From: Barthelona sp. PCE
Taxonomy: Eukaryota
Assembly (NCBI GenBank): GCA_040285745.1
Contig: JAUFOR010000003.1
Location: forward strand, 868,001-932,000
Direction of reading: 5' to 3'
DNA length: 64,000 nucleotides
The notes under the pieces are model-generated. The model had not been told where the DNA came from. It made no database searches and saw only the letters and a program-made list of their open reading frames with translations. Position 1 is the stretch's first letter; each line of letters starts with the position of its first letter. Below are positions 50,933 to 61,828 of this stretch, piece by piece. Both the position numbers and the translations under genes were made by a program.

Positions 50933-52390
50933 ATGTTGTCTGAATCAATATTATTTGTGGGTAAAAGTACACATATTAATGTGAAGTTGCGGAAATTCTT
51001 TCAGGTATCATTCTTTAGTATTGTTCCTATTTTAGTTGTATTATTTTCTATAAATTTGGGTCCTGAACGTCCACAACTGGACGAATGCTCCATGGTGTGT
51101 GTCAATTCTTCTTACGAAATTCTTCATGTTCCAGGTAATTGGCCTACTGGGTATGAAGTATGGTTCTATCGTGAACAGGGACTGGATGCCACGGAACCGA
51201 CCTCGAACAAGAATAATCAGCCAATATTTTTCTTCCCAGGGCATCGTGGTTCATATAAGCAAGGTCGGTTTTTAGCTTCCGTTTCCGCACATAAAAATGC
51301 ACTACAGAACTTCTATCTACTCCATTTCAACGGGGAACTATCGGCGTTCAACCCTGCTGTTGTCCGTCGACAGGCTGCTTTTGCTGATGCTGCTATAAGT
51401 ACTGTTCTCGATCAGTATCCAGAGGGAACAATACCTAAGGGCGTGTCCCACTCGATGGGCGCGCGGGTGATGAGGATGGTTGGGATTGATGGTGTATCAT
51501 TGGCGGGAGTAACTCTTCGATCTCCAATCCCAAACTTAGACGTTTTTCCTGGCAACAGTGATGCACACGTGACCAATATATGTATTCACGACGACCTCTT
51601 GGCAAACGAGAACGTGTGTGCTGGTGGAGCTTATGTGCAATATGCTGAAGATTTTGGCGTCAGAGTTGGTCATAATGAAATCTTACGTTGCAAAGAGCTG
51701 CTAGTTGGTGTCGTTGACATGCTCCAGAGCGGAGATAAAGTCAAAGAGACACATTTTGAGGAAGGAGTTTGGTCAACAAAGGTTTTCAGAAAGAGCTATC
51801 TTGTGATACTGGATTACATCAGCCTTTACTCGTGGTTGCACGGCTGCAACATATTTCTTCAGCTGGCGTTCTGGATAGGCGTTTCAGTGAGCTATACTAA
51901 GACAATGTACTACCACATCTTGGGTGTCTCCACATACTTTTTCTATCAACTGATCCATGTACTTCCCATCTGTCGCATGCGACACTGGGTTCAACGGGTG
52001 ATATTTGTCCCCTGTCTGATTATGGTTGTCTTCCAAGACGACTACATTCCGTTTCTTTGTGTTTCTGTGTTGTGGTGCGTGCGTCTACTTGGATATAGAC
52101 GCCGTCGCAGAGCAGAGGCGGAAGAAAATGTTTTGTTCCTCTTCTCAACGATCGCAGCAGCGTTACAGATTGTTTCATCACTACACTCATATTTTGTGGG
52201 TGGATTTAGCATATCGTCTCTTTCAATTAATACTTTGGCGGCCTTGGTTGTATTGTTCCCTGTGCGTCACTACTGTCTGCCCCCATTATCGCATGTCTTG
52301 GTGATATTAGGTAGCGCTAACCAGAACTGGGATGCTGTGAGCATTTCTATGTGCTTGACATTCGTCATCAGCTTGCTATTTGGACTGTAA
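50933..52390 (+). CDS. PGAP1: GPI inositol-deacylase PGAP1/Bst1-like, short form
   Basis: PIFFFPGHRGSYKQGR, HFNGELSAF, SHSMG lipase motif, C-terminal TM helices. Confidence 0.8.
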   Translation: MLSESILFVGKSTHINVKLRKFFQVSFFSIVPILVVLFSINLGPERPQLDECSMVCVNSSYEILHVPGNWPTGYEVWFYREQGLDATEPTSNKNNQPIFFFPGHRGSYKQGRFLASVSAHKNALQNFYLLHFNGELSAFNPAVVRRQAAFADAAISTVLDQYPEGTIPKGVSHSMGARVMRMVGIDGVSLAGVTLRSPIPNLDVFPGNSDAHVTNICIHDDLLANENVCAGGAYVQYAEDFGVRVGHNEILRCKELLVGVVDMLQSGDKVKETHFEEGVWSTKVFRKSYLVILDYISLYSWLHGCNIFLQLAFWIGVSVSYTKTMYYHILGVSTYFFYQLIHVLPICRMRHWVQRVIFVPCLIMVVFQDDYIPFLCVSVLWCVRLLGYRRRRRAEAEENVLFLFSTIAAALQIVSSLHSYFVGGFSISSLSINTLAALVVLFPVRHYCLPPLSHVLVILGSANQNWDAVSISMCLTFVISLLFGL

Positions 52391-52395
52391 ATTTT

Positions 52396-55300
52396 TTACA
52401 TATGCTCCTTCTTAAATCTTCTATACAGCAATTGTAACACACGAACAACAACTTCTCCATCACCCTCAAGAATACTGTAAATTGTGGAATCATCGCACAA
52501 AGAATCAGGTAACTTGAGAGCGTTGAGGGCAGTTTCAATATTATACATGCAATGTGCACGGCACTCGGGTGACTCCACATAGCTGAGATGCAAGGTTGGG
52601 GTCAATCGGTTAGCAAGGTCACACAAAAGTGTTCCATTTGCCCAATGCCTACCAGACTCGACAGCATAAGGTGTTACGCGCATACCGAGCCCTCTGAGCC
52701 ACTCTGCCATTTCATGGTTCGGTGCGTTACCGACGTGTGTCGAGTTAGGAGTCTTTGGTATCACCATTGAAGCTCCAAGCACTGCAGGCATCCTTGGAGT
52801 GGATGGAACAATCGTCGTGGTTGTCTTTGACAGCCATCCATTCTTCGACGACTTTGATGTGCGAATTGAATCAACCAGGGTTTGTAGTCTGTTCTCGATT
52901 GATGATACAACGTCTTTCTTCTTCTCAATATTCGCTACGTTCATCTTGGGCGCAACGAGACGTGTCGTTGCGGAGAAGGCCTGACGGATTCGTGCAATGG
53001 TTCTGACGATTAGTACTAGATCTCCCTGCAGCATTTTGTCATAATCACCAATGGCGATTATCTTTTCAATTTGCAACTTCTCAACAAGTTGGTTGATGTG
53101 GCGCACCTCCATCTTAGACAGGCTATTATATATGGGTACAATCATTCCGACAGAGATATCACCCCAATCGATGAAAAGAGAGTGGACATTGAGTGTTTCG
53201 CTGATGGAGTTCATCAGCTCCTCGATACTTTCCAGCCTGACACACGTTGAGCCTGGATATCCTTTGATCCACCGCTTGTGGGGCTCAACGTTCCTCACAA
53301 GACAACGCAGTAGTTCCCAAATACAACCACCACTTATGAGCTCGTCAACGCTCAGAAGCGATGTTGGTATCTGCAAATCGGACTGGCGGATCGCCTTGAA
53401 GCACCTGTTGTAGCGTGTCTTAACATCTTTAATAGATCGCAAGACCTTTAAATCTTTAACTTGTACTCGGTGCAGTCGGAGCAGATCAAGAACCACCTTT
53501 CCATTGCGAAGCGGATCCATGAGGATGGGAAGTTCGGCCATATGTCGTTCAGAAAGCAGAGACATACCGCATTTGATGAGCGTGAGTCTGATGTCCTTTC
53601 GTTCGTTTTCATCACACATATCGACAACAAGAGGCTTAGTGAGCACGCTTAAATAGATATTGTCGCTTGCCTCAACGGTTGTGCTCGCAAATTCAGTCTT
53701 AAGACTCTCCATCTCCTCGGTCTTCCGCCTCCTTCTTCGTTTAGCACCACCAAACGTCTTCTCGAAGTGGCGCTGGATATCATACAGCAACCCAAACACA
53801 GTGTCTGTGTCGCCATCGACCATACCATCGCTGTTGAAGACGTGCTCACTTCTAAACTTTTTGTCCTTCTTGAGAATCTCAAACCCCTTACGTATATTGA
53901 TCATGCGCTGTCCACGGGTCTTTGGGGCTTTGTACGTGCCCTTGATATCCACCAGACGGTAGGCGTTCATTAAAAACATGTTCAGTAGAAGCCCTTGTGA
54001 GAAGTCGTGGGCAAAGTCTTCTCTGTAAGGCATATGGTCGAGTTGAAGTGCGCGTCCCTCGCTGCGGACAATGAACCAGCGTACGAGGTCTTGCTCCTCG
54101 TTCGTGAGCGAAGTGAGGTTATCAGGACGCTTATCCTCAACAACATGCATCCTTCGTGCTGGACCGGAACCAAGAGATATGGTGCTCTTTGTTTTTTTAA
54201 GCGCGTCTTTCTCAAACACCGATTGGATGTTGTCGATCACGCTCCTCTTGTGTTGTGTTTCTTTCATGGTTGCGGTTAAACCTTCTTCATCGAATCGAAT
54301 TCTTGCCTTTTCCCTTGTCTTTGTCTTCTTGTCGGCTCTGTTCAGCTTCTCGGGTCTGTTCAGCTTCTCAGCCGGTGTCCTGTTTAGGTTAGAAACGGTC
54401 TTGTTGAACTGCTTTAGATATCCAAACTGTTCCTTCTGCTTTCTCAGCTTCGTGATGTGGTATTCGTCAACAATTTGTTGTGTGATCTCAGCGTCATCAG
54501 TCGCAAGCACGTCGCGAGAGGAAACATTAAACGCACTGGTCACAGGATATTCGTGGGGAAGAGGAGGGTGTTTAGGTCTTTGCCATCTTCGGTTGCCACG
54601 CTTCATTTTCCCACGAAGTTCTGCTGCAACAATAATGGGACTCTTGTATGCATATCCTCCACCAACGCGTTTTCGTGGACTTTCACCTGTCAGAGCAATA
54701 TCACGACGTGTATGCTTGAACTGACTTTGTAAAAGAGAAAGTCCGGCCTTCTGGGTTGGTGTGAGTCTCTGGGTTTTGCGTATACTGCGCTTTTTCTTCT
54801 CTTTCTTGATTCGTCTGAATCCTTGTGGCTGTTTAGTACTTTCCAGGTCTTCCAATGTTAGCATTGATTTTCTTAATGGAGAAGGGTCAGTAATATGCCT
54901 TGCCATGCGGGGATTTTCGTCCATAGCAATAATAGGTGCCATACCCTCCTTGAAAAAATACTTCAAAAATGCGAAAAAGTAGAAAACTACACTAAATTCA
55001 GGTTTCATAAAAAGCTCAATTACGTCTTCGTTGAGGAAAATGCTTGGGAACTCTTGACTGTACTCAGTTGATGATAATAACTGAAGAACAACAAACCAAT
55101 GTTCATAAGCTGTCGCAAAAGATTCAGGATCTGGTATGTTTAATAGCTGACATGTGATAAAATATGCTGCTTTGCCTGAGGCAAGGTCTGCAATGTCAGA
55201 AGCGAGTAAACAGGCAGCAGAATTAAACGAATTTATCCAATACAGCATCTTTTGAACGGCAGTTCCGCTTGGGAGCGGCAAATCGGAGAACGTGAGTTCA

Positions 55301-55414
55301 TTATAGTTTCCAAATTCCAGAATGTTAGTTTCATAAAAGGCGCGTTGTCTTAAAACATACTTTTAATGGTGTTAAATGTGTTGGTGATTGCGGTAAACTG
55401 GCGTAGTCGGTCAT
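52396..55414 (-). CDS. Multi calponin-homology (CH)-like domain protein; proposed exons 55414-55361 and 55317-52396
   Basis: DFSQGLLL...NIRKGFEIL, LRNGKVVLDLL, WANGTLLCDLANRL...NIETALNAL CH-like motifs; upstream ATG exon joined via atypical intron. Confidence 0.7.
55318..55360 (-). other. Putative non-canonical GT-TG intron, 43 nt
   Basis: GTATGT...AACTAAC-ATTCTG|GAA; same branch spacing as the other introns and restores frame. Confidence 0.6.
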
Positions 55415-55504
55415 ATAGTCAAAGTTAAATGTTCATAAATTGTTGAAACGGAGATAAACGCGTTACGACTTTTACGACTTCTTTTAACCTTTAACTTTCA
55501 TAAG

Positions 55505-56587
55505 ATGGAGGACGATATCGTTACACTCCAAGGGTTGGTTTACGACATACTTCAGAAAAAGGGTCAGATCGACCAGATACGAGCACATGTTCGAAGCTGT
55601 ATTTATTCAACAGTTGCGGAAGACAAAGGCGAGGTTGCTGTCCAGGATAAACCCAAAATTGAGAACAAAGAAGAGTTTAAAATCATATGTACAATGTTTA
55701 TGAAATTTCTCAAACAACACGACCTCCCATTCACTTTTGAAACTATGGAAAAGGAATGCGGCATGACGATCAGCGACCAAGAGATTGAAAATTCTCTATG
55801 CATTGAAGATGTGTTGCATAATCCTGATATTGCAAGAAAAGTGTCAGAGAGTCAAGAAACACAGGCTATCGAGAATGAAATATCAGAGAATGAGGATAAT
55901 GCAACCATATCTCCTCAATTTACTAACCTTGCACTATGCAATGATTTGGTTGATCAGAAATTGGTTAATTTCAGCATTGATGAACCAGCCGTCGTCCAAC
56001 AACCTACCACACACTACGTATTCAAGCAGAGTGAGGATGAGAACGCTGAGGTTCTCACATTTGACGATACCAATGAGTTTATGATGATGGAGGAAAGTAC
56101 ACCCATGGCCATCGTGACGAAGCCTGAACCGGTTGAAGAGGAGATGGAAGAACCAGCTGTGGAAGAACCAGAAGTACAGGAGCCTGAGGAAGAACCAGTG
56201 CAACACGAGATCAAAAAGAAAAAACGCACGATGGTTATGCCTTCATTCACTGAATTACCTCCGATGGACGAGCTACCCGCTATTGATGACCTGCCTCCAA
56301 TTGAAAACAACGTAAAACCGTTGGAGGAGGGATTTGCAGTGGTCGACGAGATTAAGGAACAAGAGGTTGAAGTGGGACAGATGCATGGTTCTCCCATTGC
56401 GGCTGATGAATCTATTTCCCCAAATATCAGCACGCTCTCTTTCGAGCTTGAGGACCTGATTGCAAATGTTGATAATATCAGCAGTGGAACGTCGTCAGAA
56501 TCGGAAGATGATAAGAATGTGTCTAAATACGAGTTCCCAGCTAATCAAATGAGACTGGCAGACTACGACATCATAATAAATCTATGA
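55505..56587 (+). CDS. FOP/CEP43/TONNEAU1-family centrosomal protein (TOF-LisH N-terminus)
   Basis: LQGLVYDILQKKGQIDQIRAHVRSCIY and FMKFL....LPFT..TMEKE; acidic tail. Confidence 0.7.
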   Translation: MEDDIVTLQGLVYDILQKKGQIDQIRAHVRSCIYSTVAEDKGEVAVQDKPKIENKEEFKIICTMFMKFLKQHDLPFTFETMEKECGMTISDQEIENSLCIEDVLHNPDIARKVSESQETQAIENEISENEDNATISPQFTNLALCNDLVDQKLVNFSIDEPAVVQQPTTHYVFKQSEDENAEVLTFDDTNEFMMMEESTPMAIVTKPEPVEEEMEEPAVEEPEVQEPEEEPVQHEIKKKKRTMVMPSFTELPPMDELPAIDDLPPIENNVKPLEEGFAVVDEIKEQEVEVGQMHGSPIAADESISPNISTLSFELEDLIANVDNISSGTSSESEDDKNVSKYEFPANQMRLADYDIIINL

Positions 56588-56603
56588 TAACTTTACATAC
56601 ATT

Positions 56604-59060
56604 TTACTTACCGCTGCGAAGTCTTTCGGCGAACTGGAGACAATGCTTTGTTTCATCGTAGTTCTCTGGGTTCACATGACAAACATACGTAACCTTTGTT
56701 TGAGAGGTGATCATGTCCGTCAGAGGGTTGACAATGGACGGTGGAAGACCATTGCTCAGGTTATGGATGCAATTGTGCAGCTCCGAATAAAACGTGTGCG
56801 TCTTGCAAGGATCGATGATGATGACTGTATGCATGACTGTTGCCCCCGTGGCGTTGTTTACGCCTGCAAAGCGGGTGAGAACAACGCGGGTGAAGTCCTC
56901 TTTTTGCTCTGTCATTTGAATCTCGTTGAATACCTGTTCTACATTTTCTTGTGTAACCTCAACGTCTTCAAGGGCGTTAATCGATGTTACATCCTTGCGT
57001 AGGACATCGTGCAGGACAGTTGACTTGTTGAAATCAAAGCAGCTGACAAAGACATCGAGATCATACACTGTTTCATCAACTGTTTCGAAAAAGCGCTGAA
57101 TTAATGACACAAAGACACCTGCATCGCTACTAGTTCCGTTTAGGGAGTAAGACTTGCCTGAATTGCGTCCACCATCGAGCAGAATGACTCGGCAACTGTC
57201 ACCAAGAGTGAGAAAGTCGCGCTCGATAGCTTCTGTAATCAACTCCCTTGTTGGGGTGAAGGGAGGAAGCACGGTTGCAAACTGGAAGTCCCTCATATCA
57301 TCGTGGAGATGCACAGTACACGTGTCTGTTACTTCTATTGATTTTGTCTCGTGTGCCTTCACTCTTACAATGACTTCCAACTCGTCGCGGTCTGATGTGG
57401 CACGTTTTATAGCAGAGGGTGTCTCTGTGATTGTCTTGAGATCGAACGTGGTTGCAGGTTCAAGATGTGTGACAGCAAGATCGTCTATACTCAAGTCGGC
57501 CGTTGCATTCTGTGACAAAAGATTCGTTGACGCCTCTGTCGTTGCTACCTCCTCGAGTTGTGCTTCCTCTTCCTCCTCGTATGGGTCAACGGGGATAGGT
57601 CTCGATCGCAAAACCGTGACATGCCCGAGGTCGACGTTTGGTGATCGATCGTCGACACTGGAAATCTGTTTAGGCGACTCAAAAACAGCAGAACGTCCTG
57701 TTTCATACATGAACGTGTTAAAGACACGGGAGGCACCGAAACCGTTAGAGAAACGAGCGTATCTGAAGAACTGAGTCAAAGTCATTTCAACGTTCACCAG
57801 CTTGTTTGCGTACGCCTCGAGCATATCCACGACAACGTTGCGCATGCGCACATTCTCCTCCTTCACCTGCTTTATACCGTCTAAAAGGAACCTGACAGAA
57901 TTCTTTAAGTTGGCCTTCTCCCGTTTCACGCGGTTCATGGACGCGACAATGGGGGCGATGGCGCTGTCATGTGATATATTGGCGCCCAGTGCGTTTGCTA
58001 AAAGACGTTTAATGGTGGCTTTGATGGGTCGCATATCAGGATCGACCTCTAGATCATTGAGATAGCTCATTGCTTCGCGGACGTCTCTCTCCAGCGATCC
58101 CAACCCGTCGTCGGTGCTCGGTGTTTCATCCCTCTTCATCTTCATTTCTTGCACAAGATCATATATCTGCTTTAAAAGTGAACGCTCGAATGGATCTACA
58201 CGGGGACTGAGCATGTCCTTTCCGCTGAGGACACGCTTAATCTCCTTCTTGAACGAACTGTGCCTGTTTTGTAATCGTTTTAGCTTATCATTGAGTGACA
58301 TCGCACCCTCTGCTTCTCTTGCTGATATTTCCTCTCTCAACTCGGAAAGTGTAACCTCTGCCTCTTCTTTATCTGCGAGGGCATCTTCCCTCTCAGCAAC
58401 AACAACCGCTAGTTCATTGGATAAATCTTCAACACGAGCATTAAGGTCGGAAAGTTCTTCATCCTTGTCATCAACCAATAATTGCAACGATGAGCTTGTG
58501 TGCTTTGTCTCACGAAGTGTCCTTTCGACGGCCTTCACCTCTCCTACTCGCTGTAGTAGATTATCAATTGTTGTGAGTGCGTCCTCAGCCGTCTCGGCTG
58601 CGATACCATGTGAAGAGAGCACATTCAAAAATTCGTGCAAGTCGTTACCACTCTCGACTGAGCGGCTGGTGGCATCAACACCCTTCACTGACAATGCAGC
58701 AACCTGCTCCTCGAGCTCTCGAATACGATCCTCGTAATCCGCAGCCATATTGTCCCTCTCATCGAATAAACGGTCGCATTCCTCCTGGTACTGCTTCGTC
58801 TCAGCCTCTATTTCCCCCTTGTTGAGTCCACATGTGGGGCAAGCTGCTGGTGCTTGCAACTGCGTCTTTTGCCGTCTTCGATCAAGGTACATCTGATAAG
58901 CCTGCTGTTCGAACTGTGCCCACTGCTCTTGGGATACAAGGTTGCTCTTTACCCTGTTCAGATAATCTTGCTCCTCAGAGTTTAGTCTGTTGGATACTTT
59001 GGATGAATGCGTACGTCGCAACAGAGTTAATATATGATCTTTGTTGTATTGAAGCGACAT
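56604..59060 (-). CDS. Coiled-coil protein with degenerate C-terminal kinesin motor-like domain
   Basis: VIVRVK, FQFATV, GGRNSGKSYSL, HVNP...ETKHCLQFAERLR; switch I/II motifs missing; likely ATG 59060. Confidence 0.75.
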   Translation of the reverse strand: MSLQYNKDHILTLLRRTHSSKVSNRLNSEEQDYLNRVKSNLVSQEQWAQFEQQAYQMYLDRRRQKTQLQAPAACPTCGLNKGEIEAETKQYQEECDRLFDERDNMAADYEDRIRELEEQVAALSVKGVDATSRSVESGNDLHEFLNVLSSHGIAAETAEDALTTIDNLLQRVGEVKAVERTLRETKHTSSSLQLLVDDKDEELSDLNARVEDLSNELAVVVAEREDALADKEEAEVTLSELREEISAREAEGAMSLNDKLKRLQNRHSSFKKEIKRVLSGKDMLSPRVDPFERSLLKQIYDLVQEMKMKRDETPSTDDGLGSLERDVREAMSYLNDLEVDPDMRPIKATIKRLLANALGANISHDSAIAPIVASMNRVKREKANLKNSVRFLLDGIKQVKEENVRMRNVVVDMLEAYANKLVNVEMTLTQFFRYARFSNGFGASRVFNTFMYETGRSAVFESPKQISSVDDRSPNVDLGHVTVLRSRPIPVDPYEEEEEAQLEEVATTEASTNLLSQNATADLSIDDLAVTHLEPATTFDLKTITETPSAIKRATSDRDELEVIVRVKAHETKSIEVTDTCTVHLHDDMRDFQFATVLPPFTPTRELITEAIERDFLTLGDSCRVILLDGGRNSGKSYSLNGTSSDAGVFVSLIQRFFETVDETVYDLDVFVSCFDFNKSTVLHDVLRKDVTSINALEDVEVTQENVEQVFNEIQMTEQKEDFTRVVLTRFAGVNNATGATVMHTVIIIDPCKTHTFYSELHNCIHNLSNGLPPSIVNPLTDMITSQTKVTYVCHVNPENYDETKHCLQFAERLRSGK

Positions 59061-59494
59061 AGTCCCCAAACTGTGATTAAATGCAAAGAAAAAGTTTAAA
59101 AAAATGGAACGAGATTCAAAATGAAAAGTATGTGTGTTATACGAGCTAAAATAAGACAATAGACACATGTACGCTTATAGATCCTTCATTATTATTACCA
59201 AATCTAGGATAACTTTTGTGCTCTGGTTTATGGATTTGGTTTTTTTCCTTTCTTTTAATGTGCAACCAATTCATCGGGGACATCGTGTAGACTGTTCAAA
59301 TTGTGTCAGCTAATCCCACAAAAATAAAACAGGCAGTTCTAGATTGTTCTAAAAATGGATCAATGGTTGAAAGAACGCCATGTGCACGATTAACTTTCTG
59401 AAACGCAATCGTAATGAAGGATATACTCAAGAAAAACAAGTGATTTCAATTTTTATACCTTTTCTCTCATTTTTGAAACTTTTATTTCTGCATA

Positions 59495-61828
59495 ATGCCA
59501 AGTCAATCGGTAAAGATCGCTTTGAGATTACGTCCTAACAAGAAAAAACCCCCAGAATCGTTGTTGGGAGATTGTGTGGAGATTAGGGAAACTGTCAAAG
59601 GAAAAACACACGTGCACTGTGCCCAGCCACGCAAAACCCTCGTTGTAGATAAGAATACTCAACAAAGGAATCTTCACGATCCATCAAAGTGGGAATACAA
59701 CGAGCGAACCGAAGATGGTCATTTACGAGACAAAACCTTCGCCTTCGATTACGTATTCGGCGAAACTGATACCAATACTAAAGTATTTGAACAAATGGGA
59801 AGGGATAACGTATCACAACTGCTAAAAGGTTTCAACATCACCATCTTTTGTTATGGTGCCACGGGTTCCGGTAAGACGCACACTATGTTTGGTCCTGATA
59901 AGGAGGATGGGTTCGATCCCGACACGTACGATTTCGGTATCGCTCCAAGAATGTATTATAATCTCTTCGAGCAGACCAGAAGAATGCAAGATGATATGAA
60001 TTACTGCCTGGACGTGCTTGATGCGCAGAGTTGGCTGAAAGAGTACGAGGGCGTCGGTCTTACGCTGGATAAACTGAGTTATTCAACGGAGATCAACTTG
60101 CATTTTGTTGAAATTTACAGTGAGAATGTACGTGATCTCATCACCAACATGCACGCAAAGAAGAAGATCAGCATCGTCATGGACGATAAGAAGAAGGGTG
60201 CTGTCAAACTCAACATAGCAGGTGTCCCTGTCACTTCACCTGAGGCAGTCGATAGCCTTGTCAACAAGGGAACAAAGTTCCGTGTCAGTGCGTCCACAGC
60301 TTGTAACCACCGTTCATCCCGTTCGCATGCCATCATCATCCTCACTATTAACCAAATTGTGTATGTTAAGTTCGATAAGGACCTGTACGAGCGAATGACG
60401 GGCACAAAGAAGCTGCCTAAGAACAAGGACAAGTTCGTTGGTCTCAACTACTTCTCCAAAGCGTTCCTTGTAGATCTTGCGGGCTCAGAACGTATTGATA
60501 AGACAGGTGCAACCGGAAAGACCGCTAGAGAGGGTATTGCTATCAACCAATCGCTCAGTACTCTTGGAAACGTTATTCTGCAGCTTGCAAGTGATGATCC
60601 GAAAAAGAAGAAGATGGTTATTCCGTATAGAAACTCAAAGCTAACCTATCTGCTTAAGGACTCTCTTGGAGGATCAGCCATGACTACAATGATTGCAGCT
60701 GCTAGTCTGAGCGACTATTCATTCGAAGAAACGTTCAGGACACTCGAGTATGCAGCGCAAGCAAACAAAATCCAGCAGGTTGTCGAGAGAGGTTTTAAGG
60801 ATCTCGTTGCAGGTCTACGCGACCAGTTACTGCGGGCTCAACAGGAGATTGAGAAGCTGCGCAGTCAGTTGAGTGGAGATGAGCTCACTTCAAAGATCCA
60901 GGAAATTGAGAAACGTGAAAATGAACTCCTGAACGAGAGAGAGCGTATGGAGCAGGCGTTCGAGCAGAAGTTGGCGGAACAGGCTGAGGAGCTGCAGAAA
61001 GCGCTGGAATCTTCACAAAACAGCAACTACGTCAATGAGTTTATGGAGTTGAATCAACAAATGGACGTACTTAAAGGTCAAATCGGGGAGAAGAAGGATC
61101 GCCTTTCGTTTCTGAAGAACCAATGCATCGATGTGCTTCCTGACCTACGTGAACTGATGGAGAAGAAGGCGTCAGTAGAAGAGCGAATTGCACACGTTGA
61201 GTCTATACCAGGAAGACAAGCAGAGCTCCCCAAACTCAACGCAGAGCTCCGCACGGCAACGGAGGGTATTGCAAGTCTGAGGGCAAACAACCAGATGCTG
61301 GACGAGATGCTTGTTCTTCGTGAGGAGATCCAAACCATGTATGCTCAATACCAAGACACGCTACAGAAGCTTGAGACGGACGAGGATATCGGTGCACTCA
61401 AGGACCAGCTGGAGGAGCGCCTGAAGAACAAGTTCAAGAAGCAGCTGACGAAGATCAAAGACAAGTATACTAGGGATCTGAAATTAAAGAACGAGAGACT
61501 CGTTGAAGAACAGGAAGAGAAGACGCTGATGGATGCCACGTTGAAGGGATACCGGTTAGAGATCAGTTCCTTACAAAAAAAGCTTGACGAGTTCGATCTA
61601 AGGAAACGTGCCCAGGGTGAGTACATTAGGAAGATGCAAGAATTTAAGGACAGGATGATGCGCGTGATGCGTGCCCAGAAGGAGGAGTTCGAAACTAAAT
61701 TACATGATGCTATACAAGAGACGCTGGATTATAAACAGCAAATTTTCGAATTAAATGAAAGAAATGCATCTTTGAAGAAGGAAAACAAGCAAATGAAGAG
61801 ACAAATGCAACATATGCAACAGCAATAA
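59495..61828 (+). CDS. Kinesin with N-terminal motor and coiled-coil stalk
   Basis: FAFDYVF, YGATGSGKTHTM, EIYSE, SSRSHA, VDLAGSER, INQSLSTLG, IPYRNSKLT.LL.DSLGG. Confidence 0.95.
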   Translation: MPSQSVKIALRLRPNKKKPPESLLGDCVEIRETVKGKTHVHCAQPRKTLVVDKNTQQRNLHDPSKWEYNERTEDGHLRDKTFAFDYVFGETDTNTKVFEQMGRDNVSQLLKGFNITIFCYGATGSGKTHTMFGPDKEDGFDPDTYDFGIAPRMYYNLFEQTRRMQDDMNYCLDVLDAQSWLKEYEGVGLTLDKLSYSTEINLHFVEIYSENVRDLITNMHAKKKISIVMDDKKKGAVKLNIAGVPVTSPEAVDSLVNKGTKFRVSASTACNHRSSRSHAIIILTINQIVYVKFDKDLYERMTGTKKLPKNKDKFVGLNYFSKAFLVDLAGSERIDKTGATGKTAREGIAINQSLSTLGNVILQLASDDPKKKKMVIPYRNSKLTYLLKDSLGGSAMTTMIAAASLSDYSFEETFRTLEYAAQANKIQQVVERGFKDLVAGLRDQLLRAQQEIEKLRSQLSGDELTSKIQEIEKRENELLNERERMEQAFEQKLAEQAEELQKALESSQNSNYVNEFMELNQQMDVLKGQIGEKKDRLSFLKNQCIDVLPDLRELMEKKASVEERIAHVESIPGRQAELPKLNAELRTATEGIASLRANNQMLDEMLVLREEIQTMYAQYQDTLQKLETDEDIGALKDQLEERLKNKFKKQLTKIKDKYTRDLKLKNERLVEEQEEKTLMDATLKGYRLEISSLQKKLDEFDLRKRAQGEYIRKMQEFKDRMMRVMRAQKEEFETKLHDAIQETLDYKQQIFELNERNASLKKENKQMKRQMQHMQQQ

